Positions 32,252-43,527 are shown, numbered from the stretch's first letter. The stretch is DNA of 64,000 nt from an uncultured bacterium (GCA_937996685.1 CALKUP010000001.1:117571-181570), one strand, 5' to 3'. Notes: generated from the sequence alone by a model not told the origin. Translations and numbers: made by a program.

Positions 32252-33634
32252 TTAGGCTTCGTCAACAGCAAGAAAACTGAATGCAATACACAGCCAGACA
32301 AGGAGAATGCCAGGGTGGAGTGACCATAAAAAGTGGTCAAAGAGGCTTGAAATGACAAGAATACTCAACATGCCAGTGCTAGCGTAGAGGGCTGCTTCAG
32401 AGCGAGAGTGTTTCGCAGTGGCGCGGTATTGAGATGCAATCGTCCAGGCGAGCGTTGTAGCAAAAAGCGTGGCAGCGAACATGCCGAAGATTCCAGTTTC
32501 TTGAAAAATCAATAACCAGACATTGTGCACAGGCTCGCGGGTGATGGTTGTGCTGTTTCCGATGCCAATGCCGGTGAGGTAATGTGTTTGGATTGTGTCG
32601 AGTGCGACGCTTGTGTTGGTGTAGCGCTCGGCGACAGATTTACGCTCTAAGCGCGCGCTGTCCACTGTGTTGTTTGTGTCCGCGATCGCCGCTACATTAC
32701 TGATGCCATCGATACGTGGCGACACATACCACGGGCACGCAGCTGTGAGGATCACAAATGGCAATGCAATGCTCGCGGCTGCAATGATGAGCGCGCTGTG
32801 TGGTCTGCGATATTCCAACGCGTGCCATAGCGCAAGACTGATTCCGACAATGCCGAGCGCAATGATACTGGAGCGTGAAGCGGCGACCCAGAGTCCGGCT
32901 GATTGAATTGCAATAATTGTTCCGAGACCGATAACGCCCAATAGCCAGAGACGACGATTGCGTGCGGGAGTGTCGATGTGCGTGTGTAAAAGCGCGGTGG
33001 CAAGTGTGATGCCGAGACTCAAATACAGCGCAAAGATATTTGGATGCGGGAAGCTGCCGTATGCTCGCAAGACACGACCAAAGGGGAGTGTGTCAATAAC
33101 TTGCGTGCCTGGAATTTCTGGTAGTTGCTGCGCAATTCCAAGGTAGGTGCTTGGTGGGATGATTTGTAGTTTCCATTGAATAAGGCCGAGGAGTGCTTGA
33201 ATAGTCATTGCGGAAACAAACGCCCAAGCAGCCCGTTTCCAGGAAACTTCTTTCCAAATAAGTATCCAACAAAACACCATACCAAAGCCGAGATTACCAA
33301 GCCACCAGCCGCTCATTGATTTATCAAGAGCAAAGAAAAAAGAGAGATAGCAGGCGAGCCAGAATGTAATTGTTGAAAGAAACAGTGTTTGATATTTGCG
33401 AAAACGAGCCTGGTTTTGAGCGTTCCAGGTCAGAAGGCCAATAATACAGGCAGCAATGATAACAATGTCGACGCCGTAGATGCTGCGACTGCCATATTCA
33501 TACGGATAGCCGGTAAGGGTTTCGGCGTGAAAAATCCAGCGGGTTTGCCACGGTAATAAAAAAATCGCGAGCAGTAATAAGAGCTCAGCGCAATGCCTCC
33601 AAAAAAGCTTGATGAATTTCCCGGCGTGTATCAT
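32252..33634 (-). CDS. O-antigen ligase (Wzy_C)-family membrane protein
   Basis: RAYGSFPHPN, SRS, GIGIGN, PVHN, FDH motifs; multi-TM. Confidence 0.85.
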   Translation of the reverse strand: MIHAGKFIKLFWRHCAELLLLLAIFLLPWQTRWIFHAETLTGYPYEYGSRSIYGVDIVIIAACIIGLLTWNAQNQARFRKYQTLFLSTITFWLACYLSFFFALDKSMSGWWLGNLGFGMVFCWILIWKEVSWKRAAWAFVSAMTIQALLGLIQWKLQIIPPSTYLGIAQQLPEIPGTQVIDTLPFGRVLRAYGSFPHPNIFALYLSLGITLATALLHTHIDTPARNRRLWLLGVIGLGTIIAIQSAGLWVAASRSSIIALGIVGISLALWHALEYRRPHSALIIAAASIALPFVILTAACPWYVSPRIDGISNVAAIADTNNTVDSARLERKSVAERYTNTSVALDTIQTHYLTGIGIGNSTTITREPVHNVWLLIFQETGIFGMFAATLFATTLAWTIASQYRATAKHSRSEAALYASTGMLSILVISSLFDHFLWSLHPGILLVWLCIAFSFLAVDEA

Positions 33635-34526
33635 GTGTGTGAAATTTTAGCACAGAGTCCTCGAGTCGAACACGGCTGTCTTGGCCAGCGAGACGCTTTA
33701 ATACATCGGGCATAATACGCTGCTGCACCTTTTTGAATGTGTGCTCAAATGGAGAGGTCAGCCGTTCAAGTGTTGTTTGTATTCCGCGGTGCCATGGTTT
33801 CCAGGAGAGAGTCCGGTGTGAGACAGGGAGTGTCCATTGCAGGTCTGCGAAGGTGTGTGCGAGCCATGTGTTTTCGCTGCGAAATCGCTCATACAGCGCG
33901 TCTCGATCAAGTACCGGATAAAATTGCGTACACCAAAAATCAAAATGAATGTCACCGTCCGCATGGCGTGAGTCTTCTAAATTCAGATGATTGTCAGCGA
34001 TGTACATTGATAAACAAATGGCTTTTGCTGGATGTTGCTCGCCTGGGCGTTGCTTCAATAGTTTCATGATGCCTGCTGTGAATAAACGAGCAGTCCAAAT
34101 GTGACCCGCTTTTGCGATAATCACAATGTCGATATCACTCAACCGACGTGCATTGTTCCAGCCCATTGAATTACACAACCAAACACCGCGAACAAACGGC
34201 ATGACAGACAGCAGGCGTAATAGCGGTTTCGCGTATTGCCACTTTGTTTCGGTGAAATTGTATTTTTCATTACGTTGCTGCGCGAGCCCTTTGCGGCCAT
34301 GCAAGACATATACGCCATCAACGTGCGTCAGCCGCGGATCAGCGTCGAGGAGTTGTTGAATTTCTGACAGTCGTGGCATTGCGGAAAATTGACGTGGTCG
34401 CAATAACCATTTTTGGACATCAATCAGACTTGGGGCAAAGTCAAACATATTGCAATAGACGACTGTTGCGTATACCGCGTCAGCCCAGTGTTCAATCGGC
34501 AATGTGTGTGACGTGCCTGTTGTCAT
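33585..34526 (-). CDS. Nucleotidyltransferase-domain protein
   Basis: PFVRGVWLCNSMG...SDIDIVII (Pol-beta-like GS...DxD). Confidence 0.7.
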   Translation of the reverse strand: MTTGTSHTLPIEHWADAVYATVVYCNMFDFAPSLIDVQKWLLRPRQFSAMPRLSEIQQLLDADPRLTHVDGVYVLHGRKGLAQQRNEKYNFTETKWQYAKPLLRLLSVMPFVRGVWLCNSMGWNNARRLSDIDIVIIAKAGHIWTARLFTAGIMKLLKQRPGEQHPAKAICLSMYIADNHLNLEDSRHADGDIHFDFWCTQFYPVLDRDALYERFRSENTWLAHTFADLQWTLPVSHRTLSWKPWHRGIQTTLERLTSPFEHTFKKVQQRIMPDVLKRLAGQDSRVRLEDSVLKFHTHDTRREIHQAFLEALR

Positions 34527-34528
34527 TG

Positions 34529-37366
34529 TTATTTCAGTAGTTTTCCAAGGTATTTGCCGGTGTAACTGCCGGCTGTTTTCGCAACTGTTTCTGGTGTGCC
34601 GGTCGCGATAATCTGCCCACCTTTATTGCCACCTTCAGGGCCGAGATCGATGATCCAGTCCGCGCATTTAATGACATCGAGATTATGTTCAATGACAAGA
34701 ATGGAATTGCCGCGATCAACCAATTCTTGCAAGACAGAGAGTAATCGTTTCACGTCCGCAAAATGCAGACCAGTAGTTGGTTCATCCAGAATGTACAGCG
34801 TTTTGCCAGTGCCTTTGCGCGCGAGTTCAGTTGCAAGTTTGACGCGTTGCGCTTCACCGCCAGAGAGGGTTGTGGCGTTTTGTCCAAGTTGGACATAGGA
34901 CAAGCCGACGGAGTTGAGGGTTTCCAGTTTTTTCGCAATCGCTGGAATGTTCGCGAAAAATTTTGCCGCTTCTTCAATAGTCATCTGCAAGACATCCGCA
35001 ATCGTTTTTTGTTTGTAGAAGATTTCTAAGGCTTGTTTGTTGTAGCGTTTGCCGTGACATTCATCACATTCAACGTAGACATCTGGCAAGAAATGCATTT
35101 CGATTTTAATGACGCCGTCACCTTGGCATTGTTCACAACGACCACCTTTGACATTGAATGAAAATCGACCAGCTTTGTAACCGCGCATTTTACTTTCTGG
35201 GAGTTCCGCAAACAGGTCACGGATTAATGTAAAGACTCCAGTGTATGTCGCAGGGTTACTGCGTGGTGTGCGGCCAATCGGGGATTGATCAATCGTGATC
35301 ACTTTGTCGATATTCTCAAGTCCAGTGATTTCTTTATGTTTTCCAGGCAAATCTTTTGAATTGAAAAAATGTTGATTCAAGGCTTTGCCGAGAATGTCTG
35401 TAACCAATGTCGATTTTCCAGATCCTGAAACGCCAGTGACTGCCGTGAACATGCCGAGAGGAATGTGCATGTCGACATTTGTGAGGTTGTTTTCTTCAGC
35501 ACCGAGAATGGCGATTTCTTTGCCATTGCCTTTACGGCGTTTTTTTGGAACTGCCACCATTTCTTTGCCGGATAAAAATTTCCCAGTAATTGATTTTGGA
35601 TTTTTTGCAACTTGTGCTGGTGTGCCACTGGCGATAACAGCGCCGCCGTGTTTTCCGGCGCCCGGTCCAATGTCGATGACGTAATCAGATGCACGAATGG
35701 TGTCTTCATCATGCTCGACGACGATGACGGTATTTCCTAAATCACGCAATGATTTCAAGGTTTCAATCAAGCGGTCGTTATCTCGTTGATGCAAGCCGAT
35801 ACTTGGTTCGTCTAAAATATAGAGCACGCCAACCAGTGAGCTACCGATTTGTGTTGCGAGGCGAATCCGTTGTGCTTCACCGCCAGAGAGCGTGGATGCA
35901 GTACGGTTGAGGGTTAAATAGGACAGTCCGACGTTATTCAAAAACGTGAGGCGTTCTGTAATTTCTTTGAAAATTTGTTTTGCAATTTGCTCGTCTTTTT
36001 TGGAGAGGGGAAGTGAGGTGAAAAATTCGAGTGCTTCTTCAATAGTAAATGCGGTGCATTGTGCAATATTGAGATTCTCAACAGTGACGCTCAGTGCTTC
36101 ATTATTTAAGCGACGACCTTCACAAGACGGGCAGGGGAAAATCCGCATATAGCGTTCAATTTCTGAGCGCATGTAATCACTTTCGGTTTCTTTGTAGCGA
36201 CGTTCCAGGTTTGGAATCACGCCTTCGTAGGTTGTTAAAAATTCGCGCACTTTTCCGTTGCCTTCGCCAGCGTTGACGTCATATGACGTGTTGCCGCTGC
36301 CATTCAAAATCAAATCCAATTGTTTTTTGGTCAGGTCTTTCACAGGAGTGAGTGTTGAAAAACCGTGGTGCAGTGCGACTGCTTCCAAAATACGCATCAT
36401 CCACGTTTGTGAACCAGCGGCTCGGTTCCATGGGCGAATTGCACCTTCTGCAATACTGAGGCGTTTATTTGGAATAATCAGGTCAGCGTCTACTTCGAGT
36501 TTTGTGCCAAGACCAGTACATGCAACACAGGCGCCATGTGGTGAGTTGAATGAAAAATTACGTGGTTCAATTTCCTGTAATGAAATGCCGCAATCATGAC
36601 ACGCGAATTGTTCGGAAAAAATTACATCTTCTTGCGTTGTCATGTTTTGCACCATCAGCAATCCATCGCCGAGGTTCAACGCGGTTTCCATTGATTCTGC
36701 AAGGCGTTGTTTGTCGATGGTTTTTTCAACAACTAAGCGATCGATAATAATATCAATGGTGTGTTTCTTTTGTTTATCAAGATCGAGGTCGAGCGCTTCA
36801 TCAACAGTATATTGAATGCCGTCGATCCGTAAACGGGCATACCCAGACTTGCGAGCTTGTTCAAAGACGGCACGGTGTTCACCTTTTTTGTCGCGAATAA
36901 TTGGCCCAAGAATCAAAATTTTTGTGCCGCCCGGCATTCCAAGAACTTGCTTCACCATTTGTTGGACTGTTTGCTTTGAAACGATTTTGCCACAATTCGG
37001 ACAATGTGGTGTTCCGATGCGGGCGTATAATAAACGTAAATAGTCGTAAATTTCAGTGACGGTTCCGACAGTGGAGCGTGGGTTGTGAGATGCAGTTTTT
37101 TGGTCAATGGAAATTGCAGGGGAGAGGCCATCGATTTGATCAACGTCCGGTTTGTCCATGAGTCCAAGAAATTGACGAGCATAGGCAGAGAGACTTTCAA
37201 CATAGCGGCGTTGTCCTTCGGCGTAGATGGTGTCAAAGGCGAGTGATGATTTTCCAGAGCCAGAGAGGCCGGTCAGAACAACAAGGGAATCACGAGGAAT
37301 ATCAACGTCAATATTTTTCAGATTGTGAACGCGTGCGCCGCGGATTTTGATCATTTCTTGAGCCAT
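34529..37366 (-). CDS. uvrA: Excinuclease ABC subunit A
   Basis: Two ABC modules ([26 protein letters not shown]) and zinc fingers. Confidence 0.99.
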   Translation of the reverse strand: MAQEMIKIRGARVHNLKNIDVDIPRDSLVVLTGLSGSGKSSLAFDTIYAEGQRRYVESLSAYARQFLGLMDKPDVDQIDGLSPAISIDQKTASHNPRSTVGTVTEIYDYLRLLYARIGTPHCPNCGKIVSKQTVQQMVKQVLGMPGGTKILILGPIIRDKKGEHRAVFEQARKSGYARLRIDGIQYTVDEALDLDLDKQKKHTIDIIIDRLVVEKTIDKQRLAESMETALNLGDGLLMVQNMTTQEDVIFSEQFACHDCGISLQEIEPRNFSFNSPHGACVACTGLGTKLEVDADLIIPNKRLSIAEGAIRPWNRAAGSQTWMMRILEAVALHHGFSTLTPVKDLTKKQLDLILNGSGNTSYDVNAGEGNGKVREFLTTYEGVIPNLERRYKETESDYMRSEIERYMRIFPCPSCEGRRLNNEALSVTVENLNIAQCTAFTIEEALEFFTSLPLSKKDEQIAKQIFKEITERLTFLNNVGLSYLTLNRTASTLSGGEAQRIRLATQIGSSLVGVLYILDEPSIGLHQRDNDRLIETLKSLRDLGNTVIVVEHDEDTIRASDYVIDIGPGAGKHGGAVIASGTPAQVAKNPKSITGKFLSGKEMVAVPKKRRKGNGKEIAILGAEENNLTNVDMHIPLGMFTAVTGVSGSGKSTLVTDILGKALNQHFFNSKDLPGKHKEITGLENIDKVITIDQSPIGRTPRSNPATYTGVFTLIRDLFAELPESKMRGYKAGRFSFNVKGGRCEQCQGDGVIKIEMHFLPDVYVECDECHGKRYNKQALEIFYKQKTIADVLQMTIEEAAKFFANIPAIAKKLETLNSVGLSYVQLGQNATTLSGGEAQRVKLATELARKGTGKTLYILDEPTTGLHFADVKRLLSVLQELVDRGNSILVIEHNLDVIKCADWIIDLGPEGGNKGGQIIATGTPETVAKTAGSYTGKYLGKLLK

Positions 37367-37504
37367 AAAACGTGGTGGTAGTCAGTTGTATATAAGGATA
37401 GATTTTTTGAAATAGTGCCTTAGTATAGTCCGATTTTTGTGATTGGTCAACTCTTTCTGGTTCAAGGAATAATTATTGACAGATAGGGTAAAAAATCAAC
37501 AAAG

Positions 37505-37528
37505 ACGTATTTTTCAGATCCCATCGTT
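37505..37528 (+). promoter_or_regulatory. Candidate ECF promoter ACGTA-N14-TCGTT, copy 1
   Basis: Same motif and spacing at 38287 and 40551. Confidence 0.7.
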
Positions 37529-37599
37529 TCCTGTTATTGCACGCCTTGATTGCGCCTGCCAACACACAATACCTGTGTGTTTGTTCCTTGGAGTTCATC

Positions 37600-38184
37600 A
37601 TGATCCGTTTTGTTTCCGTAGCGCTGTTTTTCTGGCTCACCCTCTACAGCGCCTCTCCTGCGTGGGCTGGCGGTGGGTGGGGTATTCCAGTGAACCCGGA
37701 ACTCTGCGCTGAAGACGGCACGCCGATGGATGCTGATGGCGACGGCATCTTCACCCACATTGAAGACAACGACGGTGATGGCGTCTCGGTCTGCTACGAA
37801 GGCAACCACCTTGTGTGGGATCAGCCGGGTTGGGTGCAGTTCATGACCGCGAACTTCACGCGGATTCAGAACAAGCCGGGTGACCTTCAGTTGTACATGC
37901 TGCAGCACATGTACACGCCCTACCTCCTGGACTGGGTATATTTCTTCCAGGAGATGACAACGGTCCGGACTCCTGGAGGCGGTCTCGGTTATTCGTTTGC
38001 CGATGTCGAAGGAGATTGTGACGACAACGATCCGAACCGCTTTCCCGGCAACTGGGAGGTGATGTTCGACGGCGTCGACGCTGACTGCAACCCGATGAAC
38101 GAGGTCTGCATTCCTGCGATTGTTCCACCTGGTTGGCCGGGGTACGCCTGGGCTGTTGGGATGAAGTATTGGGACTGTCCGTGA
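37600..38184 (+). CDS. Secreted protein with DxDxDG and MopE-like DCDDxDP metal-binding motifs; GC-rich islet F
   Basis: Signal peptide ending PAWA; DADGDG, DNDGDG, GDCDDNDPNRFPG..DGVDADC; GGAG 37590. Confidence 0.8.
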   Translation: MIRFVSVALFFWLTLYSASPAWAGGGWGIPVNPELCAEDGTPMDADGDGIFTHIEDNDGDGVSVCYEGNHLVWDQPGWVQFMTANFTRIQNKPGDLQLYMLQHMYTPYLLDWVYFFQEMTTVRTPGGGLGYSFADVEGDCDDNDPNRFPGNWEVMFDGVDADCNPMNEVCIPAIVPPGWPGYAWAVGMKYWDCP

Positions 38185-38286
38185 AATCTTTGTAGACCTT
38201 CAATGGTCGCTTGTGAGCGCTGCGCATTGTTTCACATTGCCACGCTCACATCTTTCTTTAGTATATTACGTTTATTATATACCATG

Positions 38287-38310
38287 ACGTATATCTGTAT
38301 CCATGTCGTT
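38287..38310 (+). promoter_or_regulatory. Candidate ECF promoter, copy 2 (autoregulatory)
   Basis: ACGTA-N14-TCGTT overlaps ATG 38303, which implies the true start is 38345. Confidence 0.65.
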
Positions 38311-38344
38311 TACAGAATATGTCAGATCTGATACACACACCCTC

Positions 38345-38878
38345 ATGTCAACAGCGCTATTACTCACATTATTTGAACAAGAATATGAATCTGTGTATCG
38401 ATTCATCTATTTTCGCGTGTCTCACAAAGAAACCGCAGAAGATCTTGTTTCAGTGATTTTTGAAAAAGCCGTAAAACATATTGATCGTTTTTCGAAGCAG
38501 GAAGGAGCAACGCCGCGTTCATGGCTCTTTACCATTGCTCGCAACACGCTGATTGATCATTACCGTTCGCAAAAATATATTGAACCACTGGATGATCACA
38601 CGGATCTCACAGACGAATCGCATGATGCGCTATTGTCTGACATCGATACGCAGATTGTTATGGAGAAAGTCTTTGAAGTTATTCCGCAATTATCACCGCG
38701 TGGACAAGAGTTGATTTTATTACGGTTCCAAGCTGATTTTTCCAATAAAGAAATTAGTCAGATTACCGGCCTCCATGAAAAAGTTGTCGCATCTGGAATC
38801 AGCAAGGCCATCCGTCGATTACAACAACTCATTATAGAATCCAAACAACAACCATCCATTGAAGAATCTCTTTTATGA
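38345..38878 (+). CDS. ECF sigma factor 1
   Basis: VYRFIYFRV, AEDLVS, WLFTIARNTLIDHYR, region 4 HTH; alternative start 38303. Confidence 0.92.
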   Translation: MSTALLLTLFEQEYESVYRFIYFRVSHKETAEDLVSVIFEKAVKHIDRFSKQEGATPRSWLFTIARNTLIDHYRSQKYIEPLDDHTDLTDESHDALLSDIDTQIVMEKVFEVIPQLSPRGQELILLRFQADFSNKEISQITGLHEKVVASGISKAIRRLQQLIIESKQQPSIEESLL

Positions 38879-40506
38879 AACCGATTACACCCCAACATTC
38901 ATCATTCGAAGAGCAGCTCACTCGTGCATTCCATGAGCAGAGTGTTCCTGAGCACAAAGCACATCGTCGTGCGGTGTTTCAGCGCTTGCAAGAAGCAGTT
39001 GCTGTTGAACACATATCGTACTCAGAGCGATTCCGTCACTGGGTGCGTCGTCGGTTTTTATGGGTGTCTGTATCCGCTTCAACGCTTGCGCTGGCTGGTA
39101 TTCTCGTTGTGTTTTTCGGCGCACCGGTTGCTGAGCAGTACATTGCTCAGCGCCAAGGAAATACAAATTCAATTTTAGACGCGCTGGCACCTCAAGAATT
39201 ACTTGCGGAGTCAATTCAAAATACATTTGCTGCAAACGATGGCATTCGTCATGTAATGTTTCATACGGTTCGTGAAGATGTGAACACTGACAAGACAACA
39301 TCAGAAGCAAAAGAAGTGACAGCGCGCACTGATCAGGAATATTATATTGCGCCAGATGCGTTTACTGGTTTTTTGCATAAAACAGGACCAAGCGTGCAAC
39401 AAGAGAAGAGTTATCGAATGACAAAGCTAAGCGCTGATACACAATCGATTGAAAATTGTGTCATCAACATCAATATGAAAAATGCTCAGTCAATAAAAAG
39501 TGCCAATGCAGAGTTATCTGGTGAGAATGTATGTGGGTTAATGGGGATTGAAGACTATGCAGGTTTTGCAGAAACACAACCAGCGCTTGATATCCAAGAT
39601 CTTTCATACAATACAGACCTTGATAGCGAGCAGATGTCATTTACAACCGCAGAGCCAATTGATCCTAAACAACTTGGTATTTTGATTGCGGAACCGTCTT
39701 TTGTGAAATATATTTCAGAGTTTATTGATGCACAAAATAATATTGCCTTTGCTCCAATTGCATTGTCTCCACTCGGGAATGTATCTGGAGCAATTGCCGA
39801 CCCTGAATGGAATGTGCCGGTGAATGGTCGATACAAACAATCCTTCGTGTATATGTTAGATGGGCGCTATGCACATGACACCTTAACAGAAGCAACGCAA
39901 ACGCCGGTCCGCATTTTTTCTGAAGTGCAATTACAATTTGTGCAGCTCAACACAGCACTTCTTGAAGCAACGACGCTTCAAGAAAACGGCTATGATCCAA
40001 AATTATTTTCAGCTGCATCTCAAGTGTTTCAAATCAAGTTTTCTGATGAATGGAAACTTGAGAGCGTGAATGCGCTCACGCAAACACCTGAGGACATTGC
40101 GCAGTTTAACGCACGTCGGTTGGCAACACGTAAAGAAATTTTTACAAACAATTCAGGTGAAACATTTTTTAACTACATTGCAGGAGGGTCGGCAGTGTTT
40201 GCGCAACTCCATGATGTGAAGCCTCGGGTAGAGGGGAATGAGTATGTGTATAGTGTCCAGCAGGAGTGGAATCCAGATAATCCTGATATGCATATGATTG
40301 GAACAACAGAGGTGCGTGTTGATAGTCAGACTCAGCTGTTAACGGCAATTATTGAGCGGTATGACTACCCAGAAACACAGCAAGCAACGGTCTACACAAC
40401 AACCTTCGATGCACTGAAAACAACCACAGATAATACAGACACGTTTTTTTCTGAGAAGGCATGGAAAGAGCGCGCCAAGGAGATTATAAATGACTCACGG
40501 TACTAG
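38875..40506 (+). CDS. Putative single-pass anti-sigma factor 1
   Basis: ATGA-coupled to the sigma gene; short N-terminus, TM helix, large external domain. Confidence 0.7.
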   Translation: MKPITPQHSSFEEQLTRAFHEQSVPEHKAHRRAVFQRLQEAVAVEHISYSERFRHWVRRRFLWVSVSASTLALAGILVVFFGAPVAEQYIAQRQGNTNSILDALAPQELLAESIQNTFAANDGIRHVMFHTVREDVNTDKTTSEAKEVTARTDQEYYIAPDAFTGFLHKTGPSVQQEKSYRMTKLSADTQSIENCVININMKNAQSIKSANAELSGENVCGLMGIEDYAGFAETQPALDIQDLSYNTDLDSEQMSFTTAEPIDPKQLGILIAEPSFVKYISEFIDAQNNIAFAPIALSPLGNVSGAIADPEWNVPVNGRYKQSFVYMLDGRYAHDTLTEATQTPVRIFSEVQLQFVQLNTALLEATTLQENGYDPKLFSAASQVFQIKFSDEWKLESVNALTQTPEDIAQFNARRLATRKEIFTNNSGETFFNYIAGGSAVFAQLHDVKPRVEGNEYVYSVQQEWNPDNPDMHMIGTTEVRVDSQTQLLTAIIERYDYPETQQATVYTTTFDALKTTTDNTDTFFSEKAWKERAKEIINDSRY

Positions 40507-40513
40507 AATTGAT

Positions 40514-40541
40514 AAAAAAGCCCTGAAATATGGGCTTTTTT
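40514..40541 (+). terminator. Intrinsic terminator
   Basis: AAAAAAGCCC-loop-GGGCTTTTTT. Confidence 0.8.
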
Positions 40542-40550
40542 GGTATTCAT

Positions 40551-40574
40551 ACGTACTTTTGCATATCCATCGTT
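40551..40574 (+). promoter_or_regulatory. Candidate ECF promoter, copy 3
   Basis: ACGTA-N14-TCGTT; leader hairpin begins at 40581. Confidence 0.7.
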
Positions 40575-40660
40575 GTAGTGTATGCAGTCGTGATTCGGCG
40601 ATTGTGTACCTTGAGATCACCTTTCAGCGACCAAGATCGCTCATTGCAACTGGAGTTCTC

Positions 40661-41188
40661 ATGCTTCCCATGTTTTTGGCATTCCTCGCAAACCACACCG
40701 ACCCGCAGATTTTCCAGGTGGTAGGCGACGCGCTTGTCACCGCTCCTTCGGATGGCTGCCTCATTGAGCAAAATGTCTGGGTCGACCTCGACGGCGACTT
40801 CCACTTCCAGCATTGGGAGGATCGGGACCTCGACGGCTACGGAAACTGCTACGACGAGCAGGGCCGAGTTGCCTGGATGTTTCCGGGTCTCGCTCGTGAG
40901 TTCACCGTGAATTTCGGTGACTACATGAACCACGCTGCGCAGGCACGTGCGCATTGGCCGTTGGGTCTCGCGATGCTCCCGATGAATGCTCCGGAGCAGT
41001 TCAATCTGCCCTGGACCATGCCGGGTTGGAGCTTCTGGTTTGATCCGATCACGCATCGGCAATACTTGAACTTCCAGGAAGCGATGGCGGGAGATTGTGA
41101 TGACAGCGATCCGAATCGATTCCCGTATAACCAGGCTGACGTGCCGGGTGACGGGTTCGACGAGAACTGCAGCCCCTTCGATGAGTAA
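40661..41188 (+). CDS. Paralog of 37600-38184 (MopE-like motif); GC-rich islet G
   Basis: DLDGDFHFQHWEDRDLDG, GDCDDSDPNRFP..GDGFDENC; GGAG 40652. Confidence 0.8.
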   Translation: MLPMFLAFLANHTDPQIFQVVGDALVTAPSDGCLIEQNVWVDLDGDFHFQHWEDRDLDGYGNCYDEQGRVAWMFPGLAREFTVNFGDYMNHAAQARAHWPLGLAMLPMNAPEQFNLPWTMPGWSFWFDPITHRQYLNFQEAMAGDCDDSDPNRFPYNQADVPGDGFDENCSPFDE

Positions 41189-41367
41189 AAAGCCTCTCAT
41201 GTGAGAGGTCAGAGTGACACGCTCTGTGATCCGTGCCCTGTTGCGCTTTGCTATCAATAGTTGAGCGCAGCAGATTTTCTTAGTACAAATCCGCGTTCAT
41301 GTTTTTAGAATGCATATTGTACACACCATACTCTGCAGAGTATACTTCACATAATTAACCTATCAGC

Positions 41368-41877
41368 ATGACGCTTGAACAAATCGCCGCGCTATTCGAC
41401 ACGTATCACAAACCGATTTATCGTTTTGTGTATTTACGTGTGAATCACATGGAAACAACCGAAGATTTGGTCTCTGCGATTTTTGAAAAAGTCGTTCGGC
41501 ATTATGATGCGCTTGCGCCAAAAAATGACGAGCTCGCATTTCGCAAATGGATTTACACCATTGCACGCAATACAGTGATCGACTACTATCGCACACAAAA
41601 GCAGACAGACGATATCGCGGATTATGATGTCGTTGACACGGCGCAGATGCCAGACATTGCACTCGACACCGCGATGAATCTGGAAATGCTGCAAAGCCAT
41701 CTTGGGGCTCTGACTGACCGACAACGTGAAGTGCTCTTGTTGCGATACCAGTCCGATTTTTCAAATGTGGAAATTGCGGAGATGCTCGACATTGATCAAA
41801 AAACAGTCAGCAGTATCTTGAGTCAAGCGATCAAACGTTTAAAAAACAGTGTTCAATCCGTTCAATCAATTGTGTAA
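41368..41877 (+). CDS. ECF sigma factor 2
   Basis: IYRFVYLRV, EDLVS, WIYTIARNTVIDYYR, LTDRQREVLLLRY. Confidence 0.92.
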   Translation: MTLEQIAALFDTYHKPIYRFVYLRVNHMETTEDLVSAIFEKVVRHYDALAPKNDELAFRKWIYTIARNTVIDYYRTQKQTDDIADYDVVDTAQMPDIALDTAMNLEMLQSHLGALTDRQREVLLLRYQSDFSNVEIAEMLDIDQKTVSSILSQAIKRLKNSVQSVQSIV

Positions 41878-41883
41878 TTTTTT

Positions 41884-43527
41884 ATGAAACACCAACCATC
41901 ACAATTTGAAGAATCACTCGAGCAGCTATTACAGGCTACTCCGATTCCAGAACGAGCAGACCACACTGCAGAGTTGCGTGCACGCGTGTTGAACGACTAT
42001 CGTGAACGCCAGGTCCGTTATGCTGAACCAAAATTATCTTTTATGAATACAGTATTTCCACGTCTCTTTCTTGCAACCAGCGGCGCCGTTTCTGTCCTTG
42101 CAATAGGATTTGTCATTTTCAACCAACCGGTTGTTCAAACACAAGTCGCAAAACTGCGCGGCAATAGCAATGTAAACACTCCAACACATTCACTGCTATC
42201 TCAGCTGTCACCGAAAGAAGTACTAGCTGATTCACTAGCCGCAACAATCGGCGAGTTGAATGACACATCACAGTCGCACTATGTACATATGAAAACAACG
42301 TCAAAAAGTACAGATGGCACGATTGACTCGACAATTGATTTTCAATCATGGAAAGAGGGGCTTAATGTGCGCGTCAAAACAACGGATACAGATCACGTGA
42401 ATAATACAACTGGCATGACAACGCAACTCACTTCGTATGAGGCTGACGAAACGTCATGGAATTGTGTTGCTGATACAACCGGGACGGTGAGTGGCCCAGG
42501 TTACGATAATAATTCAGGTGTCTGCTTTCACTATGGAGCTCCTCAAGAATATAATCGTCAAGTATATACAAGTGCTCCAAGTCTCAGTTTAGAGAGTGTA
42601 TCCGCAACAGCTGCCCGTGCTGGAGACACGGTCGGTCCGACACAGCGAATCACAGTGACATTTCGTACAACGCAGCCATTATCGAATGAGGCGCTGATTG
42701 AATCCGTCAATTCTGATATTGCTGATTTAGGTGATGTCGTTTCCGGTGGTAACTTTTTTAACCATTCAGATGGATTGCTGCCGACAGAATATAATGCAAA
42801 AAAAGTGGGCGATCAATATGAGTACCGTGTTGTTATGGATCAAGCGTATGATATGCGAGGCGATGCTCCGACTGGATCTCAGACTTCGAAAGATACGCGA
42901 CGAAATTACATTCAAATTCTTGATGGCAATGCACATAGTCCGGTCTATCAAGTGAATATTGATACTGGTGATATCACGGAATTAACCACCGTTCAATTAC
43001 AACAATTAGTGTCCGCACAGCAACAAGCAAAGCGCGAAAAAGCACAACAGCAAGCAGGGCAAGTCACGCTGGCATCTGGATATGATCCATATGCTGATTT
43101 GCAAAACATCTATACAACCATGGAAAAAAATGGCCAAATTATAGATAGTGCAGAAGTGCAAGGTGATGATACAACTTTGTTGAAAGTTCATTATCGATAC
43201 ACAGAAATATACGGACCGCAGATTCCACAAGAAGAGGTTGATCGTCGTCTCAAAGAATCTCCATATACTGAAGTGAATATTTTTGTGGATTTAAAGACAA
43301 AAGAAGTGGTGCGTGTTGAGTATGTATTGCTGCCTTGGACACAAAACACATATACCACAGAGATTATTGAGTCAGCGTCCGTGGGCCCAGAAGAGTCAGG
43401 GCAATTGCTTGGTCCAGATCCGTTTACAATCGATACATGGAAAAACGAAACCCGTGATCTCTATAGCGAGCTCTATCCAGATCGTGGTGAGATTCAATTC
43501 ACCATGAAAGATATCGGCGAGTATTAA
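41884..43527 (+). CDS. Putative single-pass anti-sigma factor 2
   Basis: Same architecture as 38875; shared L(A/S)PxExLAxS motif after the TM. Confidence 0.7.
   Translation: MKHQPSQFEESLEQLLQATPIPERADHTAELRARVLNDYRERQVRYAEPKLSFMNTVFPRLFLATSGAVSVLAIGFVIFNQPVVQTQVAKLRGNSNVNTPTHSLLSQLSPKEVLADSLAATIGELNDTSQSHYVHMKTTSKSTDGTIDSTIDFQSWKEGLNVRVKTTDTDHVNNTTGMTTQLTSYEADETSWNCVADTTGTVSGPGYDNNSGVCFHYGAPQEYNRQVYTSAPSLSLESVSATAARAGDTVGPTQRITVTFRTTQPLSNEALIESVNSDIADLGDVVSGGNFFNHSDGLLPTEYNAKKVGDQYEYRVVMDQAYDMRGDAPTGSQTSKDTRRNYIQILDGNAHSPVYQVNIDTGDITELTTVQLQQLVSAQQQAKREKAQQQAGQVTLASGYDPYADLQNIYTTMEKNGQIIDSAEVQGDDTTLLKVHYRYTEIYGPQIPQEEVDRRLKESPYTEVNIFVDLKTKEVVRVEYVLLPWTQNTYTTEIIESASVGPEESGQLLGPDPFTIDTWKNETRDLYSELYPDRGEIQFTMKDIGEY

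Noticed and set aside
41401-41425. ACGTA-N15-TCGTT inside sigma2
   Set aside because: Spacing is off by one and it lies within conserved coding sequence.
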